This document shows, piece after piece, positions 1 to 8,940 of a stretch of 64,000 nt of DNA. Every line of letters starts with the position of its first letter. Within the stretch, counting starts at the first letter, position 1. The translations under genes were made by a program, and so were the position numbers. Under the pieces are notes generated by a model that saw nothing but the letters and a program-made list of their open reading frames with translations, did not search any database and was not told the DNA's origin. Origin of the DNA: a virus; IMG/VR virus record IMGVR_UViG_3300045988_057044, positions 53,907 to 117,906 of that record; one strand, given 5' to 3'.

Positions 1-344
1 CCAAAATTGTAATTAGTAACTGAGATTATAATCTTTAGTTTATCTTCATTAGATAATATATCATCTGCAGATTCTATAACTTCTTCTAAAGAATCTCTAA
101 AGTTTTGTTTTGCATCCTCGCGCATCCGCTCATAGCTAGCATCAGAGCTATACAGTATATAGTTTATAAAGTTATCTCTTTGCTCTTCTACAAACTCATA
201 TCCTCTATCGTTAAGGAATTCCCTTAAACATTCTTCGGTTAATTCTTCCTCTAGTACAGGCAGGTCTTCATCATTTAAAGAACAGACGTAGTCTTCAGCT
301 AATCCATCAAGTTCATAATCACTAGGTATTTTGTATTCTTCCAT
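1..344 (-). CDS. hypothetical acidic protein, partial (3' end of gene lies beyond window start)
   Basis: Open frame on minus strand from ATG at 342-344 (MEEYKIPSDYELDGLAEDYV...) with no stop before position 1; same strand as neighbours. Confidence 0.4.
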   Translation of the reverse strand, partial: MEEYKIPSDYELDGLAEDYVCSLNDEDLPVLEEELTEECLREFLNDRGYEFVEEQRDNFINYILYSSDASYERMREDAKQNFRDSLEEVIESADDILSNEDKLKIIISVTNYNF

Positions 345-546
345 TTTCAATATTTAAAAGCGATTTGTTTAATAAATCCGTTGCTTCCTCTACACTTTTG
401 CTTCGCTGAGCTAAAAGCTTACATAGATAAACACCTAAGCCTGTATGCTTCCTAATTTCTGTTATATCAGTAAAAGAAACTTCTCTAACTATTGGGAAGT
501 TCTTCAATTCCTTAGAAAGTCTTGCATTAGATAAGATACAATACAT
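322..546 (-). CDS. hypothetical protein (74 aa)
   Basis: ORF track; ATG at 544-546 placed 2 nt after stop of upstream gene (TAAATATG junction). Confidence 0.35.
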   Translation of the reverse strand: MYCILSNARLSKELKNFPIVREVSFTDITEIRKHTGLGVYLCKLLAQRSKSVEEATDLLNKSLLNIENGRIQNT

Positions 547-548
547 AT

Positions 549-1355
549 TTATTTCTCGTTAGTCGGCTTTAACCATAGATTAGTCCTCTCGAATATATAA
601 TCTCTAAGTCTGGGAATCTCATGCAAGAACTCTAAGGTTTCAATGGTGTTACACTTGAAGCACTTAGTGAGTTCCTCCCTTATTCTCTCCTCTGAGACTA
701 CATACATTTTATGCTTATAAGGATAATGTTGGATAATATACATTAGGTCTTTTGGTATAACGAAACCCTTAGTAATAGCAAACCTTACTCCTCTAAGTAC
801 TCTCAAAGGGTCATCATCAAGGGTTGTAAGAGGGTCTAAAGGAGTCATCAATACTCTGTTTCTTAAATCCTCCATACCACCGAAGTAGTCAATAATCTCA
901 CCAGTATCAGGGTCTTTAGCCATTGCATTAACAGTGAAATCTCTACGAGATAAATCATCATAAAGATTACCCGGTTGTACAATTGGAATTCTAGTACCTG
1001 GAGGATAGCTCACTTCCTTTCTTGCCATTACAAAGTCCGCTACCCCTTGATACTTGTAACCCTCCGGAAACCTAGCTCGGATTGTATAACAGTCTGGAGT
1101 TACTAAGAAGATTTCAAACTTTTCTGCTATTAAATGTTCCCATAATAACTGAAACATATCACAAGTAGTCAAGTTTTCCTTTAAAGCTTCCTCACATGGA
1201 ACTGCCACATAATCAACATCTTTGTTAGTAAGGCCGAGAAGTTCATCCCGTACCTTACCTCCTACTTCGTAAAACTTAAACATCTCCATTTTCAAATAAT
1301 TCTCTAATATCGTAGCAGTCAATATAGGGAGTTCCACTTGCAGTTTCTTTTTCAC
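549..1355 (-). CDS. cca: tRNA nucleotidyltransferase (CCA-adding enzyme / Pol-beta superfamily head domain); true start probably MEMFKFYEVGG near 1289
   Basis: Motif FYEVGGKVRDELLG...DVDYVA matches the GGxVRD...DxD signature of class II CCA-adding/poly(A) polymerase head domain; the tRNA genes in this window do not encode CCA. Confidence 0.7.
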   Translation of the reverse strand: MKKKLQVELPILTATILENYLKMEMFKFYEVGGKVRDELLGLTNKDVDYVAVPCEEALKENLTTCDMFQLLWEHLIAEKFEIFLVTPDCYTIRARFPEGYKYQGVADFVMARKEVSYPPGTRIPIVQPGNLYDDLSRRDFTVNAMAKDPDTGEIIDYFGGMEDLRNRVLMTPLDPLTTLDDDPLRVLRGVRFAITKGFVIPKDLMYIIQHYPYKHKMYVVSEERIREELTKCFKCNTIETLEFLHEIPRLRDYIFERTNLWLKPTNEK

Positions 1356-1779
1356 TTGTGAAGAAGTCTACAAAGTCCTCCCATGCTCCATCGTCCTTTA
1401 GGATAAAATCAGCAAGAGGATATATTGCCATCTCTTCTAACTGCCAGGAAAGATGATACTCTTCAGCAGGAACCCACTGGGTAAGGTACTCTCCACAGTG
1501 GTCAACTACATACTGAATACAATGGTCTAGCCAGTCATTGCCTGCAACCTTACAATGATAATCGTAAAGTATTGGATACTTCTCTGCTAAGAATAGTAAG
1601 AAGTTTTTATCAGCCTCTCGTGAGAAGTCACAATAGTCAGTAAAAGACTCTCCAGCCTCTCCCTCCCATATTCCAATAAGGCGTACTACATCTTTAGCCT
1701 TCAAATCCTCCCTATTGTAAAATTTGGTCTTCTCCATAGATTTCTCCGCTATATTCATTCCATTCTTCATCGTCCTCAC
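1276..1779 (-). CDS. hypothetical protein (167 aa)
   Basis: ORF track, minus strand, abuts cca gene. Confidence 0.45.
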   Translation of the reverse strand: MRTMKNGMNIAEKSMEKTKFYNREDLKAKDVVRLIGIWEGEAGESFTDYCDFSREADKNFLLFLAEKYPILYDYHCKVAGNDWLDHCIQYVVDHCGEYLTQWVPAEEYHLSWQLEEMAIYPLADFILKDDGAWEDFVDFFTSEKETASGTPYIDCYDIRELFENGDV

Positions 1780-2038
1780 ATTCTTCTATAGAAGAACTAT
1801 AGTAAGCATTTTCATCTACTCTACTCCATAATTCATCCCAGTCGCCTTCTTCCATTTCGTCTGGGTCATAGCCTTCTTCCTCAGCTATGTCCTGGTCATG
1901 ATGACCATAAGAATAGAAGTTGTCATAAGCTAATTGCTCCGCTAAATCCCGCAAGTCCGACTCAGATTCAGCAACTGCTCTAAATGTATCCTCTTCCCCA
2001 CACCAATGTGTAGAAACATGAATTAAAAACCTTTTCAT
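1712..2038 (-). CDS. hypothetical acidic protein (108 aa)
   Basis: ORF track; Asp/Glu-rich. Confidence 0.4.
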   Translation of the reverse strand: MKRFLIHVSTHWCGEEDTFRAVAESESDLRDLAEQLAYDNFYSYGHHDQDIAEEEGYDPDEMEEGDWDELWSRVDENAYYSSSIEECEDDEEWNEYSGEIYGEDQILQ

Positions 2039-2229
2039 AATTTCTTAACAGTTATTTGGTCGTAAGTTATACCTTCTATAACTCCATCTAGATAATTATA
2101 TACCACGTCCATTAGAGTATCTTCTGGTACATCTTCTAAACTAGTATATTCTTCAGATCTACCATCGTTAGCATCTATCAATAACGAGCTATCTGAAATG
2201 TCAAATGTAAATTCTAATTTAAATTTCAT
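2035..2229 (-). CDS. hypothetical protein (64 aa)
   Basis: ORF track; ATGA overlap with downstream gene. Confidence 0.35.
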   Translation of the reverse strand: MKFKLEFTFDISDSSLLIDANDGRSEEYTSLEDVPEDTLMDVVYNYLDGVIEGITYDQITVKKL

Positions 2230-2230
2230 G

Positions 2231-2632
2231 TCAATCTACGTTACAACAAATTTGACTGAAGTCAGAAAAGCCTAAAGATGTCCACGATATGATATACCGT
2301 AGAAACTCACAATAATTTTTACTGGTAGTAAGCTCCTCTAGATATTCCTTCAAGAGTATAATTTCCTCGATATAATCTGGATTATTGGCAGCATATTTTT
2401 CATATAGAGTTAATCTCTCAGTAGAAGACTTTATATCCTCTTCAATACTATGGATAACTCCATCTAAGTCCGAAGTATTCAAGTTGGTATATACCTCACT
2501 TTCTCCAGCCCATGCCACATTAACTTCATCGCAAATTGCACTGTATATACAGTGGGATCGACTGAAGCTAACAATGTCTATAGGTTTACCTTCATTTTTA
2601 GGAACACCATATATAGTTAAGTAACTGCTCAT
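2231..2632 (-). CDS. hypothetical protein (133 aa)
   Basis: ORF track. Confidence 0.45.
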   Translation of the reverse strand: MSSYLTIYGVPKNEGKPIDIVSFSRSHCIYSAICDEVNVAWAGESEVYTNLNTSDLDGVIHSIEEDIKSSTERLTLYEKYAANNPDYIEEIILLKEYLEELTTSKNYCEFLRYIISWTSLGFSDFSQICCNVD

Positions 2633-2651
2633 AATTTTTCTATTATTTTAG

Positions 2652-2804
2652 TTAACTAAATTCCTTTAAAAAGGCTTCTATTATTTTGGAGGAATTTTCT
2701 CCGAGTATATTCTGTAGAACCTTAATAGCATCCTCCTTCTTTATATAATCTCCAGTGCCATTAGCACAGACAATCATAGCTCTTACTGGTGTATAAGTAT
2801 CCAT
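2652..2804 (-). CDS. small hypothetical protein (~50 aa; MDTYTPVRAMIVCANGTGDYIKKEDAIKVLQNILGENSSKIIEAFLKEFS)
   Basis: Manual rc translation of the 2633-2806 gap; ATG at 2802-2804, TAA at 2652-2654; below the 60-aa cutoff of the ORF track. Confidence 0.3.
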   Translation of the reverse strand: MDTYTPVRAMIVCANGTGDYIKKEDAIKVLQNILGENSSKIIEAFLKEFS

Positions 2805-2806
2805 GA

Positions 2807-3085
2807 TTATTTAGTACTAGGTTCTGTGTAGGATACTGGTTCGTATAACTCCCACCCAGTTAACCATACTGGAATGACTACAGTTTCTACAGCAATAACA
2901 TCCCAAACAATGTTACCAATACACGCTTCATAGGTTACTCCCTCGATTTTCTTAGTTTGATAGTTTGCCCAACCGTAAGGTTCAGCTACAAACTTAGTTC
3001 CGTCAGCTCTCTCAAAAGTCTTACTGTCTGCGCAAGAACTTAAAGCAATAATTGCTATTAACAATAAACCAAATAATTTTTTCAT
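2807..3085 (-). CDS. putative lipoprotein (92 aa)
   Basis: N-terminus MKKLFGLLLIAIIALSSCAD = signal peptide followed by lipobox Cys. Confidence 0.5.
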   Translation of the reverse strand: MKKLFGLLLIAIIALSSCADSKTFERADGTKFVAEPYGWANYQTKKIEGVTYEACIGNIVWDVIAVETVVIPVWLTGWELYEPVSYTEPSTK

Positions 3086-3140
3086 ACACTACTATATTTA
3101 ATTAAAAATGATGCCCTAACTGCGCTCTCAGCATTACGCC
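3086..3140 (-). terminator. putative intrinsic terminator / GC-rich hairpin cluster downstream of polA
   Basis: minus-sense ...ATGCTGAGAGCGCAGTTAGGGCATCATTTTT preceded by hairpins GGGGC(23 nt)GCCCC and CCTTGG(21 nt)CCAAGG; GC-rich island in AT-rich genome. Confidence 0.35.
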
Positions 3141-3210
3141 TTGGACTGTAGGCACTGTTAGTAGGCCAAGGGGGCTCAGGTTTGGCATCACTACTATAGC
3201 CCCTTATTCG

Positions 3211-5394
3211 TTAATGAATCCAATGATCTGATACAGTAACATCTGCACCTAAAAATACATTAGGACAGAATGGTTTCCCTCCATCTATCATACATTTAAC
3301 TAATACCTTAGATACTTCATCGGCAATAGATTCTGGGCATTCTAGATTAAACTCGTCATGGACTGGAACACACATCTTAACAATGTTAAGAAGCTTATGC
3401 TCCTTAATCCAATTAAATAGTTTAATAGAGGAAAGTTTAAAACACATTGCTCCCCTGTTCTGAATACGATAATTGATAGACTGCTTTTCAGATGCTGCTT
3501 TTCTCTGAAAATATCTCTTAACGTCTTGGACGGTATCACAGCCAGGAGAATCTCTCTTCATTTCTCTGTAATAATTCCAGAACTCTGGGTCGTTAAACTT
3601 CTTAGAAATCCGCCAGAGGTCATCAATATCATATATATGTGCTCTATGCTTAGTTATAGGATTTAACAAAATATAACCATCCCTCATTACTGCCATTCTA
3701 CAATAATCTTGATACTGTTTTACTCCAGGGAAACCCTTCATAAAGTTATCATAGATCTCTTGAGCTTCTGACAACGGTAGACCCTTGTTATTAGCTATAG
3801 TATTTGCATCGCCTCCATAATTGATGGCAAATTCAATACCTTTAGCATCCTGTCTTTGGGCATGGTATAATTTAGCTATATCCTCTATAGGGCAGTCTCT
3901 AGGGATAATATTCGGATAAGACATTTTAGCTACTAGACTATGAACATCCCCACAGCCATGTTCAAATAGTTCAATCATAGCCTCGTCCTTAGATACAGAA
4001 GCAATGATTCTACTTTCTTGAGACTGATAATCCGCAGAAATCCACTTATTACCTTTCTCTGCAGTAAAACATGCTCTAGTTTCCTTGTCATGAGGTAAAT
4101 TCTGTAGATTAAGTTTATATACTCCCCCTCCAGAACTTACTCTAGCTGTATCAGCTCCTAGTGAGTGAAAATCTACATGGATTCTTCCAGTCTTAGGGTT
4201 AATTGCCTTCAACCAGTTTTCCCCATAAGTAGAAACCACTTTTGCAGCTTCCTGATATTTTAGATAGATAGGAATAATCGGGAAATCTTTAGCCTGTGGA
4301 GCTAGAAGCTTAGCTTCAACAGATTTCTTTTCCTTCTTAGTTTGCTTATCAAATGTCTTGACTTTAATTCCTAATAATTCAAATAACTTGATAACTTGTT
4401 GAGAGCTACTCCAGTTAATTGTACACTTAGGCTTGGTATCAAAACCATTAAATAAATCACCTTGATTATCTACCTTAGTAAATTGACTTATTACTCTTTT
4501 TCTATAAGCTTTAACCTTTCCGTCTGGTGTTTCAAGGTCTTCCTGAGGGCATCGGACATATTTCTCTTTTAGTAGTCTAGCTACTTCATCCTCTATTTCC
4601 ATAAGGTTATAAAATTCCAGTTCTGGATATTTAATATCCCATCCATCATGTCTCTTTTCAGAATCCCATTGAACTACCCAATCGTTTAGTTCTTGCTCAG
4701 CATCCTTCAGCTTAACAAGGTCTTTAGCCATCTTATTTCTCCATTTTACGACATCTAGATGAACACCGCAATGCTTGAAATAAGCAAGACTCTTGATAAA
4801 CTCACACTCAAGTTTCATAGCAAGATTTAATTCTTGCTTAGCAAGCTCTATTTCTTGTTTTTCTTTAATGTCTTCTAGCCACATTACGTCTCCTGCAGCA
4901 TAGACTACTACATCTTCAGTAAGACCGTCATTTATAATCTTACCTCGAACAGATTTATCTAAGTCATAGTTTAGATAATTCCATGCAGCTGCTTTCAAAC
5001 TCATTTCTCTTATATTAGCTGGATAGCCTAACCAAAGTAATTTCTCGGCAATCATACCATCCCAGATATAATTTGGCCAAATATCCTGCACATATAAAAA
5101 CCCTAAGTCAAACATTAAATTCCATCCAAGAAATACTCTATCAGACTCAAAATAATTCTTTATCTCAGCTTTCTCTTCTGCTGACATAGTTGTCCAGTCA
5201 AAGACAACTTGATTTTCTTTGCAACCTAGTTGCACAGTTAGTAACTCCTTAGTATGCGCATCTAATCCCTTAGTTTCAGTATCAAATTGAACTAAAGAAA
5301 GAGGCAACAATATTTTCATTGCCTCTTCGAAACTTACTTCTTTGTATTTTGTAGACACAAATAAAGTTTTATTCCGACTTACTAAATAAATCAT
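3211..5394 (-). CDS. polA: DNA polymerase, family A (Pol I-like) with 3'-5' exonuclease domain
   Basis: Exo motifs FDTETKGLD (Exo I) and YAAGDV (Exo III); polymerase motif A ISADYQSQESRII (cf. DYSQIELR), motif B RQDAKGIEFAINYGG (RxxxKxxxFxxxYG), motif C VPVHDEF. Confidence 0.85.
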   Translation of the reverse strand: MIYLVSRNKTLFVSTKYKEVSFEEAMKILLPLSLVQFDTETKGLDAHTKELLTVQLGCKENQVVFDWTTMSAEEKAEIKNYFESDRVFLGWNLMFDLGFLYVQDIWPNYIWDGMIAEKLLWLGYPANIREMSLKAAAWNYLNYDLDKSVRGKIINDGLTEDVVVYAAGDVMWLEDIKEKQEIELAKQELNLAMKLECEFIKSLAYFKHCGVHLDVVKWRNKMAKDLVKLKDAEQELNDWVVQWDSEKRHDGWDIKYPELEFYNLMEIEDEVARLLKEKYVRCPQEDLETPDGKVKAYRKRVISQFTKVDNQGDLFNGFDTKPKCTINWSSSQQVIKLFELLGIKVKTFDKQTKKEKKSVEAKLLAPQAKDFPIIPIYLKYQEAAKVVSTYGENWLKAINPKTGRIHVDFHSLGADTARVSSGGGVYKLNLQNLPHDKETRACFTAEKGNKWISADYQSQESRIIASVSKDEAMIELFEHGCGDVHSLVAKMSYPNIIPRDCPIEDIAKLYHAQRQDAKGIEFAINYGGDANTIANNKGLPLSEAQEIYDNFMKGFPGVKQYQDYCRMAVMRDGYILLNPITKHRAHIYDIDDLWRISKKFNDPEFWNYYREMKRDSPGCDTVQDVKRYFQRKAASEKQSINYRIQNRGAMCFKLSSIKLFNWIKEHKLLNIVKMCVPVHDEFNLECPESIADEVSKVLVKCMIDGGKPFCPNVFLGADVTVSDHWIH

Positions 5395-5629
5395 GTTGAT
5401 AGATTTCGATGTTATTTATTTCAACATCTTTGGATTTGAACCTATTATAAATAGCTTCTTCAACTGCACCTTTAATATCATCTTCATCTATTACTTCTAC
5501 ATCTACGAATAACCCTAATTCAACTCCTACTTCTACCTTAACCTTAGTAGGTAGTGGTTCATTGTAAGGTGCTCTAGGGTCATTAGCTGCACCCATTGGA
5601 TAGTTATCTAAAGTCGTCATATGGGTCAT
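5369..5629 (-). CDS. hypothetical protein (86 aa)
   Basis: ORF track. Confidence 0.35.
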   Translation of the reverse strand: MTHMTTLDNYPMGAANDPRAPYNEPLPTKVKVEVGVELGLFVDVEVIDEDDIKGAVEEAIYNRFKSKDVEINNIEIYQHDLFSKSE

Positions 5630-5927
5630 AAGTTAAAGGATCAACTACTTCCCAATCATCTGCGTTTATATCTTCACCATCAAAAGGATAGTAAGTACAA
5701 GTCCTATCAGAAAAGTCATACATGATAAACTGGTCATGGTATGTAATACCTACACCGTAACTACACATAAGAGCTTTCATATCATCAGGGATAGAACGCA
5801 TAGCAGGTATTCCATCTCCAGAAATCATTGCAGGTATCTGCATAAATATTACCAGATTGCTCTGAAATACTTTCCTTCTTACTACTTTTCCCTCTTGTAA
5901 CTTAGACAATATTTCTCCGAATTTCAT
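5604..5927 (-). CDS. hypothetical protein (107 aa)
   Basis: ORF track. Confidence 0.4.
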   Translation of the reverse strand: MKFGEILSKLQEGKVVRRKVFQSNLVIFMQIPAMISGDGIPAMRSIPDDMKALMCSYGVGITYHDQFIMYDFSDRTCTYYPFDGEDINADDWEVVDPLTYDPYDDFR

Positions 5928-6772
5928 TACATTAAATTTTTAAGTTGATTAGAAAATCTACGTCTTAATTTAGCTAAAGCTCCCTCTTTCATCTGTCTTA
6001 TTCTTTCTCCTCCAACACCGTACATATCAGCTATAATTTTAGGATTGACAGGAGCCATTCCTATACCAAATAACATACAGATTAAATCGTGCTCTCTAAT
6101 TGTTAATTTAGAAAGTAGATTCTCTAGCTCTTTAGTTACATAGCTTTTATTTACTTGTTCATCAAGGGGGTCTTCACCATCTGGAATAATATCACAGACT
6201 TGACTGTTTTCTTCATCTCCTCCTATGAAATCGTCCACAGAAACTAACTTATTAGAAAACTGTGCTAGATAGTCAATTTGCTCCCTAGGAATATCAGTCA
6301 TTTCTGATATTTCTTCGGAACTTGGATTTCTATCATGCGATTGCAAGAATTTATTAGTTGCATCGAGTATACTTATTACCAATAATTGCTGAGACATTGG
6401 AAGACGAATTTCTCGTGCTTGCCAATATATAGAATTATAGATACTTTGTCTAATCCACCATACAGCATATGACAAGAATGTCACTCCTCTTTCTGGGTCA
6501 AACTTATCAATAGCTTTCATTAATCCTTCATTTCCACTAGAGATTAAATCCATTAAAGGGATACCTCTATTCTGAAATTGCTTGGCGATAGTCACAACAA
6601 ACCTAAGATTTGATTTTATGACTTGTTCTCTAGCAACATCATCTCCTTTTTGAGCCTCACAAATGAGACGAGTTACCTCAGTACTATCTAAGATCTTATA
6701 TTTAGATATATCCCTGAGATAACTCGTCAACAGTGAGTCAGAACGGTCTGTGAAAATGATTTTTTTACTCAC
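5927..6772 (-). CDS. RNA polymerase sigma-70 family factor (phage-encoded)
   Basis: Region 2 DLISSGNEGLMKAIDKFDPERGVTFLSYAVWWIRQSI and region 4.2 HTH ADMYGVGGERIRQMKEGALAKLRR. Confidence 0.75.
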   Translation of the reverse strand: MSKKIIFTDRSDSLLTSYLRDISKYKILDSTEVTRLICEAQKGDDVAREQVIKSNLRFVVTIAKQFQNRGIPLMDLISSGNEGLMKAIDKFDPERGVTFLSYAVWWIRQSIYNSIYWQAREIRLPMSQQLLVISILDATNKFLQSHDRNPSSEEISEMTDIPREQIDYLAQFSNKLVSVDDFIGGDEENSQVCDIIPDGEDPLDEQVNKSYVTKELENLLSKLTIREHDLICMLFGIGMAPVNPKIIADMYGVGGERIRQMKEGALAKLRRRFSNQLKNLM

Positions 6773-7007
6773 CTTCTTTTACAACCTGGGCTTCTGAAAT
6801 TTCATCTTTAGGAGCATTAAGACCAATACGAATAGATAGTACTGATATATATGCTTCCATTGCTTTTAGTTGGGCGACTAGTAAGTCTTTATTAAGGTTG
6901 TCAACCTCCTTGAACTTATCCCCTAGGATAAAATCTCTGAGCTTAACAGCACGTTCATTAACTTCGTTAAATTCTCCCAACATTCTTTGAAATACAGCTT
7001 GTTCCAT
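6765..7007 (-). CDS. hypothetical protein (80 aa)
   Basis: ORF track. Confidence 0.35.
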   Translation of the reverse strand: MEQAVFQRMLGEFNEVNERAVKLRDFILGDKFKEVDNLNKDLLVAQLKAMEAYISVLSIRIGLNAPKDEISEAQVVKEGE

Positions 7008-7145
7008 TTGATTAATTTTTAATATTTACAAATGAATCTAGACCCGTAGGTTTCAAGGAAGTCCTTTTCTTCCTGTATTATCTCATAAATTCCAACTGTT
7101 ACTAATGACAATACTAATCCTCCAAATATATAGACCAGAATAGTA

Positions 7146-7841
7146 TTAAATATCCAAATATAAAGGTTCATAATTAATATCGTAAGAATCATCGAGAATA
7201 GATACATTGGCGGTCTTTGTCTCGCCTGCATCTAGTAGCCAATGATTTCCTTCGTGGATATGTCCACAAAAAGCATACTTCGGTTTCTTATCTATAATAG
7301 CCTTAGCCAAGACCTCATTTCCTGCATTTATGGGAGTAGAACTCCACCTGCCAGGCGGAATCATACCACAATCATTTAATGCGGGAGCATCATGACTAAT
7401 CAATATATCGCAATTTCCTGGGATATGTGAATAGATTTCTTCCAGTTTCTCATCAGAATACATGAAAGCCCAATTACCAAATTCATGGCAGGCCGGAGTT
7501 CCATAAATTCTATATACCTTTCCTTCATCACTTAGATAGTCTAGATGAGAATTATCAAGAAATTCAGCTTTTCCTTCTGTAGGAAATTTAATCACAGAGT
7601 TATTCCAAATAAAATCCCTATTTTCAAAAACAAAATCATGGTTTCCAGCTGTAAATACTACCTTCTTACACGGCAATGATTTAATCCAATCTGCAAATAC
7701 AGTCTTCAACCACTTCTCACACTGTGGCTTGTTTCTCTGCATATAAAGAGGAACAATATCTCCACATATTAAAACAAGTTCACATGGCTCTATATAATCA
7801 ATTAGAAATCCATGTAAATCACTTATTGCACATATTTTCAT
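7146..7841 (-). CDS. calcineurin-like metallophosphoesterase
   Basis: Motifs ISDLHG, GDIV, GNHD, GHIH typical of metallophosphoesterases. Confidence 0.65.
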   Translation of the reverse strand: MKICAISDLHGFLIDYIEPCELVLICGDIVPLYMQRNKPQCEKWLKTVFADWIKSLPCKKVVFTAGNHDFVFENRDFIWNNSVIKFPTEGKAEFLDNSHLDYLSDEGKVYRIYGTPACHEFGNWAFMYSDEKLEEIYSHIPGNCDILISHDAPALNDCGMIPPGRWSSTPINAGNEVLAKAIIDKKPKYAFCGHIHEGNHWLLDAGETKTANVSILDDSYDINYEPLYLDI

Positions 7842-8134
7842 ATCTTATGAGCTAATCCGTAAACATTTTTAGTCCATCCATTCATATGCCCTTTGTTATT
7901 TCCAATAAGGCATCCTTTGTTTGAGTCTATCGCGTATACTTTGTGAGTAACGCAAGCGCCTCTAACTTTACAAAATACTACATCTCCAACATTACATTCT
8001 TGCCACCTTATAGGAGTGACAAGATGCTTTTCATTGCTCTTATACAGAGGGAGCATTGAATTTCCCGGCTCGCTTGTTATAAACGATTCACCAGCCTCCA
8101 ATCTCTGTATCTTTCTCAGTGTGTTTGGATTCAT
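7838..8134 (-). CDS. hypothetical protein (98 aa)
   Basis: ORF track. Confidence 0.35.
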   Translation of the reverse strand: MNPNTLRKIQRLEAGESFITSEPGNSMLPLYKSNEKHLVTPIRWQECNVGDVVFCKVRGACVTHKVYAIDSNKGCLIGNNKGHMNGWTKNVYGLAHKI

Positions 8135-8687
8135 CAGAATATTTATTTAGTCCTTCTCTAGTCATATTAGGTACTATACTAATATAAACCTTTTCACCAT
8201 CACGGTCATACGACCATATATGATTGTCTACTACATAGCTTAGAGATTTATCATATCTAGTATAGTCTAGAATAGCTTCCCAAGTAGCCATGCTGCCAGT
8301 AATACTATCCTTTTTATGTTTAGTAGCCCAGTTAAATATCCATAATAAATGCCAAGTTCTGAAAAATGTTATACAAATCATCGGGTCCCATTCGTGTCTG
8401 GGACTGTCCCATTTATCCTTCCATCCTAATGCATGAAATCCTATATCTATCACCGGACTATAGTAGTCTCTTCTTATGGGAAGTCCAAATGTCCAAAAGT
8501 TCTTTCTAAATAGAAAGTGGGCCTTGGGGCGTTTAAAGTATTTTCTGGCTTTCCACCAGTGATACCATGGATTACGATACTCGTTCCAGCCAGGAGAAAG
8601 GAAAGGAATTTTACTATGAAAAAAGTACGACAGCTTGTAACGCAAACTGCCATACTTTTTACTAGTTAAGTACTCTTTAACATTCAT
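8088..8687 (-). CDS. hypothetical protein (199 aa)
   Basis: ORF track. Confidence 0.45.
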   Translation of the reverse strand: MNVKEYLTSKKYGSLRYKLSYFFHSKIPFLSPGWNEYRNPWYHWWKARKYFKRPKAHFLFRKNFWTFGLPIRRDYYSPVIDIGFHALGWKDKWDSPRHEWDPMICITFFRTWHLLWIFNWATKHKKDSITGSMATWEAILDYTRYDKSLSYVVDNHIWSYDRDGEKVYISIVPNMTREGLNKYSDESKHTEKDTEIGGW

Positions 8688-8940
8688 ATCCTTGTTTTAC
8701 TAGCTCTTTCTCCATTTCGTCTAAAATATCATCAATGACATAGTCAGTTAGACAATCAGAGTCAGGAAAGCCTAAGTTCCGCAGATGATAATCTATGTTA
8801 TCTCCCGCTTCATTAAGTATCATCCAGCCTTCAACTTCTCCCTCTTCATCTTCCTTAAGTGTTTTCACCACTTGGTTGATTAACTTAGGGATATTCACAT
8901 CGTAGTTCTTAACTACCTCTACATTATAACTTATTATCAT
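8677..8940 (-). CDS. hypothetical acidic protein (87 aa)
   Basis: ORF track. Confidence 0.4.
   Translation of the reverse strand: MIISYNVEVVKNYDVNIPKLINQVVKTLKEDEEGEVEGWMILNEAGDNIDYHLRNLGFPDSDCLTDYVIDDILDEMEKELVKQGYEC

Noticed and set aside
7019-7231. 70-aa membrane-like ORF overlapping the 3' end of the metallophosphoesterase gene by 86 nt
   Set aside because: The large out-of-frame overlap with a well-supported gene makes it doubtful. It could be real if it starts at the internal Met (about 7207), but there is no independent support.
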